A DNA stretch of 64,000 nucleotides from Macrostomum lignano (Eukaryota), in the NCBI GenBank assembly GCA_002269645.1, contig NIVC01000657.1, positions 1-64,000 of the forward strand, written 5' to 3'. A program made the translations under genes and the position numbers. Below the pieces are notes generated by a model, which saw only the letters and a list, made by a program, of their open reading frames with translations, searched no databases and was not told the DNA's origin. Of the stretch, positions 1 to 10,900 are shown piece after piece (positions within the stretch are counted from its first letter, which is position 1; every line of letters begins with the position of its first letter).

Positions 1-107
1 GACAGGAAAGGGCCATTCTCAGGGTCATAAGAGGTCAATTCTCAGGGTTATAAAAGAGCGATTTTCAGGTACAGGAAGGGCAATTCTCAGGGTTATAAAG
101 GCGACTC

Positions 108-3100
108 TTAGAGACAGGAAGAGGCGATTTCTGAGTGAGACGGAAGCCAGCAGCAATTCCCAAGTGCTTCAATGCATGAAGAGTGGATTATGAAAGCTTG
201 GAGCTTTGGAAGTACTCCAACAGCGGCTCCCCCGTCGCTATCCGGACCGTGAAAACCATTCAGGTGCCTCTCGTAGGCGCCAATCCAAGGCGGCCGGCAG
301 TGCCGCAGGCGGCGCACGCAGACGCACTCGGACAGGAAGTTGTTGCGGCCGCGGTTAACCAGCAGGAGCTTCTCGCGGCAGCGGCATTCGGCGGGGTCGC
401 GGCGGACCGAGGGGGAGACGTCGCTTGCCTTGGCTGGGTTGTTTGAGTGTGTGGATCGGAAGGGTTGCGCTGGGATGGGCGACTTAGTGCGATTCTTAAT
501 GGCGATTTTTAATGACGATTTTAATGACGATTTTTAATGACGATTTTTAATGGCGATTTTTAATGGCGATTTTTAATGGCGATTTTTAATGGCGATTTTT
601 AATGACGATTTTTAATGACGATTTTTAATGGCGATTTTTATTGGCGATTTTTAATGACGATTTTTAATGACGATTTTTAATGGCGATTTTTAATGGCGAG
701 TTTAAATGGCGATTCTTAATGGCGATTTTTTAATGGCGATTTTTAATGGCGATTTTAAATGGCGATTTTTATTAGTAATTTTTAATGCCGATTCTTAATG
801 GCGATTTTTAAAGCGATTTTAAATGGCGATTCTTAATGGCGATTCTTAATGGCGATTTTTTAATGGCGATTTTTAATGGCGATTTTTTATTAGTAATTTT
901 TAATGGCGATTCTTAATGGCGATTTTTAATGACGATTTTTAATGACGATTTTAAATGGCGATTCTTAATGGCGATTCTTAATGGCGATTTTTTAATGGCG
1001 ATTTTAATGGCGATTTTTTATTAGTAATTTTTAATGGCGATTCCTAATGGCGATTCTAAATGGTAACTTTTTTGGCGATTTTTAAAGCGATTTTAAATGG
1101 CGATTCTTAATGGCGATTTTTAATGACGATTTTTAATGACGATTTTTAATGGCGATTTTTTATTGGTAATTTTTAATGGCGATTCTTAATGGCGATTTTT
1201 AATGGCAATTTTTTATTAGTAATTTTTAATGGCGATTCTTAATGGCGATTCTAAATGGTAACTTTAATTGGCGATTTTTAATGGCGATTTTTGATGCCGA
1301 TTGGGGCGATTCTCAAGGACGATTATCAGGGGCGATTCCTAATGGCGAATCCGCTTCCCCAGCACTCACTCAGCAGCCTATTAGACTCGAACTCGTACTG
1401 CAACCGGCTGGCTCGAGTTTGAAATCTGCCGCAATATTGATTGCTGCTATTATCATCACTATCGACATTATTGTTGAACCGACACCGACCCTTAGCGCCG
1501 AGGCACATCCGGCCGCCTTGAGCAACCATCAGGCGTCGAACAGTGCCGCCGGATGTCCGACATAGGCCTGCAGGCTGGCCGACTCCGGCGTGTTTCTCAG
1601 CTCCAACAGCAGGCGCTCATTGCTGGTTAGAAGGCCGATCTGTAGAGTTGTTGCGTTTGAGTTGTGAGACTTGGTCTCAAGTCTCGCCGATTTCAACAAC
1701 AGAAAGGAAAATCTCACCCTACAAGCCTATTCAATCTTCAAAATCTCCACCCTACAAGCTTAACAGTCTTCAAAATCTCACCCCATATATATGTTTAATA
1801 GCCTCCAAAATCTCACCCCTATAAGTTTAATAGTCTTCAAAATCTCACCCATAAGGTTTAATAGTCTTCAAAATCTCACCCCCTACAGGTTTAATAGTCT
1901 TCAAAATCTCACCCCATAAGGTTTAATAGTCTTCAAAATCTCACCCCCTACAGGTTTAAAAGTCTTCAAAATCTCACCTCTACAAGTTTAATAGTCTTCA
2001 AAATCTCACCTCTACAAGTTTAAAAGTCTTCAAAATCTCTCCCCTACAAGTTTAAAAGTCTTCAAAATCTCACCCATAAGGTTTAATAGTCTTCAGAATA
2101 TCACTCTTTTTACCAACATTCAAAATCTCACCCCACAAAAAGTTGGATAGGCAGCCTTCAAAATGAGCTCACCCTGTGAATAAGCACCCTGGTCACGCTA
2201 GTATTATCGAAATTGTTCAGTTCAAACGTGCCAGACAGATAGTGATAAGAGTCTAAGAAGCAGCCGAACACGTCGTAGGGTTGCAGCTCTGCTCTGGAGA
2301 GAAACTGGTCCATCTCTGCAGGGTTCAATTAAATAGACTTTATTTTAAAACTAACATTAACAGATTAACACTGATCTTGAGAAAGATCAGTTAACATCTC
2401 ACCATAGAGATGAATATCTGTGTTTATTCACCGTTGTATCCAATTACATCGCCATTTACATCGCCATAGCAACCGTTGGTATCCAATCGGCAATATATAT
2501 AGCTACTTAAAACTAATAAAACAGTAGCATAGCACCGAATAAATACCCTAGCAACGGTTGCCAGGCGAAAAATACCCTAGCAACGGTTGCCAGGCGAAAA
2601 ATACCCTAGCAACGGTTGCCAGGCGAAAAATACCCTAGCAACGGTTGCCAGGCGAAAAATACCCTAGCAACGGTTGCCAGGCGAAAATACCCTAGCAACG
2701 GTTGCCAGGCGAAAAATACCCTAGCAACGGTTGCCAGGCGAAAAATACCCTAGCAACGGTTGCCAGGCGAAAAATACCCTAGCAACGGTTGCCAGGCGAA
2801 AAATACCCTAGCAACGGTTGCCAGGCGAAAAATACCCTAGCAACGGTTGCCAGGCGAAAAATACCCTAGCAACGGTTGCAAGCCGAATAAAAAATCATAC
2901 CAACGGTTGCCAGCCGACCCAAATAAAAAACCATAGCAACGGTTGCCACCCGACCCGAATAAAAAACCATAGCAACGGTTGCCAGCCGGCCCAAATAAAA
3001 AACCATAGCAACGGTTGCCACCCGACCCGAATAAAAAACCATAGCAACGGTTGCCAGCCGACCCAAATAAAAAACCATAGCAACGGTTGCCACCCGACCC

Positions 3101-4758
3101 GAATAAAAAACCATAGCAACGGTTGCCAGCCGACCCGAATAAAAAACCATAGCAACGGTTGCCAGCCGAATAAAAAAACATAGCAACCGTTGCCACCTGA
3201 ATAAAAATAGCCTAGCAACGGTTGCTAACAGAACAAACACGCATAGCAACACCTAAAATGAGCGAACTATCACCATAGCAACAATAAAACAAATTCTCTG
3301 CAAACGCACCAACATTGTAGATGGCAATTTCGCCTTGTTCAGCCTCTCGCTTAGCTCCGCTAATAAGTATAACATCGCCAGACTCGGCTGCAAACGGTTG
3401 AAACTCCACGTACTGGCAGTAGAGCCAATCAAACTGCGACACCAGTTCCAGGCGATGCGTTTCAACTGCGTCATCTGCTGGCAGCGAGGCAATTAAAGCG
3501 GCTTTGTTAAAGTGCAGCGTGCGATAGCACTGGCCAGGATTGCACACCAGCCACAGCTTCACCGTGCCGTCCTTTGAAGCGGTGGCGAAATATCGGCCAT
3601 CGGGAGTGTCCGGCGCCGCCACGTGCAGCACCTGGTTTATGTCAAAGAGAGATCAAATGGGAAATGATAATGACATCACAATCACATTATTTTTTACTAT
3701 ATTCGTTTGGTAATGATTCATACCAAGGTGATTAAGGCCCGTTTGGACAGGCACGACTCAGTTATACGAACTATGGACATTATTATTCATTTCTATGGCC
3801 ACATGACTCATTTCTATAGCCAGATTTCTATGGTTACATGACTCACTTCTATGGCTGCATGACTCATTTCTATGGCTACATGGCTCATTTCTTTGGCAAG
3901 ATGACTCATTTCTTTGGCAAGATGACTCATTTCTAAGGCAATATGACTCATTTCTATGGCAACATGATTCGTTTCTATGGCATCATGATTCATTTCTTAG
4001 CCAGATGAAGCCAGACGACTCATTTCTATGACCACATTACTCATTTTTATGAATAAAGTACTCAGTTTTATGGCTACATTACTCATTTCGATGACCATAC
4101 GACTCATTTTAATAACCAAATTAGTCATTTGACGATCACATGCCTCCTTAAAAGACAGCTGCATGATCCAACTGGTTAGTCATGGCTTTTCATGTCATTT
4201 GATCAATCATGATTCATGACCAACTTCGAGTGCCAAAATCTAATTTAAATAGTTCCATGAATTAGAAATGACTATGACTCATTAGGATGATCATACCACA
4301 TAACTTTATCTAGGATGCCCATCCAGATTCACTTGATTGGTCATTCATGACTCATTTGGATGGTCGCTACTTATTAATGAGTTACTTTCTGTTCCTATCC
4401 CCCAATAGCAGAGTGACTAGTTAAGACTAAAAACAAACTGAAAAAACGCCAACCTCATCGCTGTGCTGGCCGCACTGGCACTCCAGCTTATCCGGCTTAG
4501 AATCCTCAATCATCGCGCTAATTGGTGGCGCGTTGGCGCCACCGGCGGCAGCGGATCGGAGCGCCGATAATTGGGATGCGACCTGGCCAAGTAGCCCGAC
4601 CAGAAGGCTTCGCGGTTGACTAGGAAATGCCAATTGCGACAGGCCAGCGACACGGCCTCAATGTCGGCCAGGGAGTCAAGCGACTCCAGCACGCGATAGA
4701 ATGCTAGCTGGGGCAGGTTGCACCATAGACTGTGCTGGGGAGAGCAGGGCTGAGCCAT
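108..4758 (-). CDS. FBXW5: F-box/WD40 protein, FBXW5-like; partial (C-terminal repeats probably left of window); may carry two frameshifts
   Basis: Exons read on minus strand: 4758-4454 (F-box LPQLAFYRVLESL...ACRNW, ending QHSDE), 3631-3310 (VLHV...YFATASKDGTVKLW...GEIAIYNV), 2315-2173 (FLSRAELQPYDVFGCFL), 1639-1370 (RLLLELRN / TVRRLMVA), and 433 to an uncertain lower boundary (EKLLLVNRG...). These match recalled FBXW5 motifs SKDCTVKIW, GEIAVI, KPYDVFGCW, STVRTVMVA. GT-AG sites present; exons 1 and 4 are each 1 nt short of the required phase. Confidence 0.8.
490..1345. repeat. 13-bp minisatellite (TTTTTAATGGCGA)n in an FBXW5 intron
   Basis: Directly visible tandem array. Confidence 0.95.
1700..2170. 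repeat. 31-33-bp minisatellite (TCTTCAAAATCTCACCCCCTACAGGTTTAATAG-like) in an FBXW5 intron
   Basis: Directly visible tandem array. Confidence 0.9.
2540..3225. repeat. 29-bp then 36-bp minisatellite built on TAGCAACGGTTGCCA, in an FBXW5 intron
   Basis: Period 29 up to about 2880, then 36. Confidence 0.95.
3770..4380. repeat. Degenerate roughly 20-bp minisatellite (ATGACTCATTTCTATGGCYA) in an FBXW5 intron
   Basis: Visible tandem array decaying rightwards. Confidence 0.85.
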
Positions 4759-4854
4759 TTGCGCTTGTTCTCAGTTGGCTTTTAATTTGGGCGGCGGCAA
4801 TACAAGTACAGAGTGAGGCATGCATTGAAATGTGAGGACTCCGAGTGAGGACTC

Positions 4855-5970
4855 AGCAGCTCTGGGAGGCTGGCCAGCAACTGAGGCTCTGGGAGGCTGG
4901 CCCAGCAACTGAGGCTCTGGGAGGCTGGCCCAGCAACTGACACTCTGGGAGGCTGGCCCAGCAACTGACACTCTGGGAGGCTGGCCCAGCAATTGAGGAT
5001 CTGGGAAGCTGGCCCAGCAACTGACACTCTGGGAGGCTGGCCCAGCAACTGAGGATCTGGGAGGCTGGCCCAGCAACTGAGGATCTGGGAGGCTGGCCCA
5101 GCAATTGAGGATCTGGGAGGCTGGCCCAGCAACTGGGGATCTGGGAGGCTGGCCCAGCAACTAAGGATCTGGGAGGCTGGCCCAGCAATTGAGGATCTGG
5201 GAGGCTGGCCCAGCAACTGAGGATCTGGGAGGCTGGCCCAGCAACTGAGGATCTGGGAGGCCGGGCCAGCAACTGAGGATCTGGGAGGCTGGCCAAGCAA
5301 CTGACACTCTGGGAGGCTGGCCCAGCAACTGAGGCTCTGGGAGGCTGGGCCAGCAACGGAGGATCTGGGAGGCTGGCCCAGCAACTGAGAATCTGGGAGG
5401 CTGGCCCAGCAACTGAGGCTCTGGGAGGCTGGCCCAGCAACTGACACTCTGGGAGGCTGGCCCAGCAACTGACACTCTGGGAGGCTGGCCCAGCAATTGA
5501 GGATCTGGGAGCTGGCCCAGCAACTGACACTCTGGAGGCTGGCCCAGCAACTGACACTCTGGGAGGCTGGCCCAGCAATTGAGGATCTGGGAAGCTGGCC
5601 CAGCAACTGACACTCTGGGAGGCTGGCCCAGCAACTGACACTCTGGGAGGCTGGCCCAGCAACTGACACTCTGGGAGGCTGGCCCAGCAACTGACACTCT
5701 GGGAGGCTGGCCCAGCAACTGACATCTGGGAAGCTGGCCCAGCAACTGACACTCTGGGAGGCTGGCCCAGCAATTGAGGATCTGGGAAGCTGGCCCAGCA
5801 ACTGACACTCTGGGAGGCTGGCCCAGCAACTGACACTCTGGGAGGCTAGCCAGCAACTGGGGATCTGGGAGGCTGGCCCAGCAACTGAGGATCTGGGAGG
5901 CTGGCCCAGCAACTGAGGATCTGGGAGGCTGGCCCAGCAATTGAGGATCTGGGAGGCTGGCCCAGCAATT
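4855..5970. repeat. 28-bp satellite family A (CTGGGAGGCTGGCCCAGCAACTGAGGAT), locus 1, upstream of the FBXW5 ATG
   Basis: About 40 units; the same family occurs at 16878, 50330 and 54322. Confidence 0.95.
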
Positions 5971-6654
5971 TTCGTTGTCTGTTGGCTTCCAGGCTTGCAG
6001 AAGGGCTGCAGGCAATGGAATAATAAAAAAACAGTTAAGAGACAGCAGTTATCAGTTACACTTTTGACAATTATGACAACTATATAATTATTGCCGAGCA
6101 AATGAAAACAGCGATTAGGATACACAATAAAGCAGCAGCTAAAAGAAACTGTGTAAGCGGGCATGACAGTGGAAAATTTAACAAACTTAGCTAACCTATA
6201 GCACAGAGCTATTACGTACCCTGACATTTTTCAACAAAAGTGTTTTGAATAAAGATTCTAGCATTTAATAGTGCAGATTAGCAAACTGATGAAGGAAGTA
6301 AGGTAGATTATTATTTATATTATATAATACAAACTGAATAAGAGCAGTAAGCTTAAAAATGAACGCATGTAAAGCCACAAACGAGAGGGGCATTTGTAAG
6401 AAAGTAGAAAATGAAAAACACCTCTCTATTAGACACCTTCATTAAATAACGAATTGTCGAATTTGTCAAACACCTGAGCGTCTCATAATATTGATACGCT
6501 AGATAGTCTACTGCAGAGTTACCCGGTAGTAGTAGTTGTTAAGCTAGAGAAATTCGACTATTATTAAAGTTGAAATTTTATTTTTAGGGTGGCGCCTCGG
6601 CCCTGCCGATCAACAGTTTGGCTTTCCCTCTTGCCCGCATGCATCTGAATTTGA

Positions 6655-7175
6655 CCTCTCTCCTTACTGCACTCTCATTGGCTGAGCTAGATTGGGCCTG
6701 CCCCCTAGGCGGAGTTTTGTCCACTGACTCTGACTTCTCTCTTTACTGCACTCTTATTGGCTGAGCTAGATTGGGCCTGCCCTTAGAGTCTTAGACCAAC
6801 TTTCGTCCGCCTGACTTTCACTTCTCTCCTTGCTGCTCTCTCATTGGCTGAGCTAGATTGGGCCTGCCCCCTAGGCGGAGTTTTGTCCTCTGACTCCGAC
6901 GTCTCTCCTTACTGCTCTCATTGGCTGAGCTAGATTGGGCCTGCATTTAGTCTTAGACCAACTTTCGTCCGCCTGACTTTCACTTCTCTCCTTGCTGCTC
7001 TCTCATTGGCTGAGCTAGATTGGGCCTGCCCCCTAGGCGGAGTTTTGTCCTCTGACTCCGACGTCTCTCCTTACTGCTCTCATTGGCTGAGCTAGATTGG
7101 GCCTGCATTTAGTCTTAGACCAACTTTCGTCCGCCTGACTTTCACTTCTCTCCTTGCTGCTCTCTCATTGGCTGA
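6655..7175. repeat. Alternating A/B tandem repeat, 162-bp dimer period, carrying 13 ATTGG (CCAAT) motifs
   Basis: Shared core CTCATTGGCTGAGCTAGATTGGGCCTG in six full units and one partial unit. Confidence 0.9.
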
Positions 7176-7988
7176 TGCTTAAATATCGAATTTTTTGTTG
7201 TCTATGGCCCAAACCCTGTCTTGTTTAATTAATTTAATCGTACAATCCTCCTGTTTCTTATATTGTCCCAACTTTAATTGACAAAACAGCATTAAATATA
7301 ATTGACCGGAAAAGCGCCAAAAATTAACTACTAGAATAAAGCAATTGTGAATACAGCATGGTGGTACATAAATAGCAAAACAACACAATAAAAACGTGGT
7401 TTTTCTTAAAAACACAAAGACGCATTTTATTTTACTATTTATTTTTCATATAAAATTGATAACGCGAGAACAAAGATTATAACAAGTGAAAAGGGTAATT
7501 TCTATGAAAATTCGATTTAAAAAACATTTACAAATCGAAAAACGCAATTAGCTGCCCCTACAACAAGCCTACGCTTATAATAATTACCATAGACTAATCA
7601 AGTAGGAAGAGCATTTCTTTTAACGAGCTATTCGCTATTATACTACTCAACTGCTGTTTTGTAAGTAGTTCAGAAGAATAATCTACAAAAATTAACTACA
7701 GTTTGAAAGTTTACGATATACATGTAGGAGACAGAGCGACAAAGAGTTAATTAATAATGCGATTAAAGCTGCTGCAATGGATAGGAATTGGAAAAAGGTA
7801 TAGTTTCTTTAGTCTTTGTTTAAGACATGAAATCAAAAAATTGGGATAGGACAGGGTTTATGATTGATTAGTATATATACACACAAGTTTATATCGGCAA
7901 AAAGGAAATGTTTATTTCGTTATAAACTCAACGGAGCGTTCATAGTTTGAAGTTCAGTTTAGTTAGTCAGGTCGGCTCCGCCATCGGT

Positions 7989-10900
7989 TTATGTTTTGCC
8001 AACAGCGTAAGCCGGTATGGGTTGCTGCGGAAGCACAGAGTGGGATCGGGTTATAACCATTGTGCATATTTGGCGTGTATTTTAATTAATTAAGTACAGT
8101 TCTATTTCATTACTAATCTCCCTTTAGACTTTTGCTCTTGTATTAGCTCCTTCCTAATCTCCCCGGCCTCTCTTAAACTCACCTTTCCGCCTCTCTAATC
8201 TCTCCTCTCGGCCTCTGTATCTCCCTCTCGGCCTCTGTATCTCCCTCTCGGCCTCTGTATCTCCCTCTCGGCCTCTGTATCTCCCTCTTGGCCTCTGTAT
8301 CTCCCTCTTGGCCTCTGTATCTCCCTCTTGGCCTCTGTATCTCCCTCTCGGCCTCTGTATCTCCCTCTCGGCCTCTGTATCTCCCTCTCGGCCTCTGTAT
8401 CTCCCTCTTGGCCTCTGTATCTCCCTCTTGGCCTCTGTATCTCCCTCTTGGCCTCTGTATCTCCCTCTCGGCCTCTGTATCTCCCTCTCGGCCTCTGTAT
8501 CTCCCTCTCGGCCTCTGTATCTCCCTCTCGGCCTCTGTATCTCCCTCTCGGCCTCTGTATCTCCCTCTCGGCCTCTGTATCTCCCTCTCGGCCTCTGTAT
8601 CTCCCTCTCGGCCTCTGTATCTCCCTCTCGGCCTCTGTATCTCCCTCTCGGCCTCTGTATCTCCCTCTCGGCCTCTGTATCTCCCTCTCGGCCTCTGTAT
8701 CTCCCTCTCGGCCTCTGTATCTCCCTCTCGGCCTCTGTATCTCCCTCTCGGCCTCTGTATCTCCCTCTTGGCCTCTGTATCTCCCTCTCGGCCTCTGTAT
8801 CTCCCTCTCGGCCTCTGTATCTCCCTCTCGGCCTCTGTATCTCCCTCTCGGCCTCTGTATCTCCCTCTTGGCCTCTGTATCTCCCTCTCGGCCTCTGTAT
8901 CTCCCTCTCGGCCTCTGTATCTCCCTCTCGGCCTCTGTATCTCCCTCTCGGCCTCTGTATCTCCCTATCGGCCTCTGTATCTCCCTCTTGGCCTCTGTAT
9001 CTCCCTCTTGGCCTCTGTATCTCCCTCTCGGCCTCTGTATCTCCCTCTCGGCCTCTGTATCTCCCTCTCGGCCTCTGTATCTCCCTCTCGGCCTCTGTAT
9101 CTCCCTCTTGGCCTCTGTATCTCCCTCTCGGCCTCTGTATCTCCCTCTCGGCCTCTGTATCTCCCTCTTGGCCTCTCCAATCCCTTCTTTTGGCCTCACT
9201 AATCTCCCCTCTCGGCTTCTCTAATCTCCCCTCTCGGCTTCTCTAATCTCCCCTTTCGGCTTCTCTAATCTCCCCTCTCGGCTTCCTTAATTCTCTCTCA
9301 CGGCCTCTCTAATCTTCTCTTCCGGCCTCTCTAATCTCCTCTTTCAGCCTCTAATCTTCTCTTCCAGCATCTCTAATCTCTTCTCCCGGCCTCTCTAATC
9401 TCCCCTCTCGGCTTCCTTAATTCTCTCTCACGGTCTCTCCAATCTCCTTTACCGGCCTCTATAATCTCTCCTCTCGGCTCCTCTAATCTCTTCTCCCGGC
9501 CTCTCTAATCTCACCTCTCGGCTTCTCTAATCTCCCCTCTCGGCTCTTCTAATATCTTCTCCCGGGCTCTTTAATCTCATATCTCGCACTCTCTAATCTC
9601 TTCCGGCCCCTCTAATCTCCCTAACAGAACTAACAACAGAACTCACCGTCTGCAACTGGAAGTTATCATACACATCGATGAGCTCTTGCATAGAATATTC
9701 GGCCAGCACAGTGAAACCCTGCAATTCCGGTTGAATCTTCCTGGCGCAGTCTAGGCAGTGGCAGACGAATTTCTTGTTCTGCTCCATGACGAACAGAATG
9801 TTGAACAATTCGATCTAGGGAGAATGTGAAAGATCATCTTGCTTATTGATCCTCATATTAGTGCACAAATCCACTGACCACACAAACATGAGTAAAACCT
9901 CATTTCCCACACCACCCATTATTATCCTACACCATCAATACCACCATTCCCCTTACCATCATTAGCACTCCATTCCCCACACCATCAATACCACCATTCC
10001 CCTTACCATCATTAGCACTCCATTCCCCACACCATCAATACCACCATTCCCCTTACCATCATTAGCACTCCATTCCCCACACCATCAATACCACCATTCC
10101 CCTTACCATCATTAGCACTCCATTCCCCACACCATCAATACCACCATTCCCCTTACCATCATTAGCACTCCATTCCCCACACCATCAATACCACCCCCAT
10201 TCCGCACACCATCAATACCACCCCAATCCCCACAACATCAATACCACCCAATCCCCACACCATCAACACCACCCAACCCCCACAATCAATACCACCCTAT
10301 TACCCACACCATCAACACTACCCCATTCGCCACACCATCAATACCACCCCATTCCCCACACTATTAATACCTCCCCAATTCCCACACCATCAATACCACC
10401 CCATTCCCCACACCATCAATACCACCCCATTTCCCACACCATCAATACCACCCCATTTCCCACACCATTAATACCACCCCAATCCCCACACCATCAACAC
10501 CACCCCAACCCCCACAATCAATACCACCCTATTACCCACACCATCAACACTACCCCATTCGCCACACCATCAATACCACCCCATTCCCCACACTATTAAT
10601 ACCACCCCAGTCCCCACACCATCAATACCACCCCATTCGCCACACCATTAATACCACCGTAATTCCCACACCATCAATACCACCCCATTCGCCACACCAT
10701 TAATACCACCCCAATCCCACACCATCAATACCACCCCCTTCCCCACAAGATCAATACCACCCCAATCCCACACCATTAATACCACCCCAATCCCACACCA
10801 TCAATAGCACCCCATTCCCCACAAGATCAATACCACCCCAATCCCACACCATTAATACCACCCCAATCCCACACCATCAATAGCACCCCATTCCCCACAA

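Noticed and set aside
4771-6227. Long ORFs (up to 481 aa) such as [16 protein letters not shown] repeats, also at 16684-17430, 50275-51155 and 54131-54969
   Set aside because: Translations of 28-bp satellite A; open in several frames, period not a multiple of 3, lying in introns or UTR territory.
5970-7989. UTX-FBXW5 operon
   Set aside because: Same strand, but over 3 kb apart with a CCAAT-rich candidate promoter between them; the sequence alone gives no positive evidence for polycistronic transcription.
8195-9246. 300+ aa ORFs on both strands ([13 protein letters not shown] / [12 protein letters not shown])
   Set aside because: 20-bp stop-free minisatellite in UTX intron 10; flanking exons splice in frame without it.
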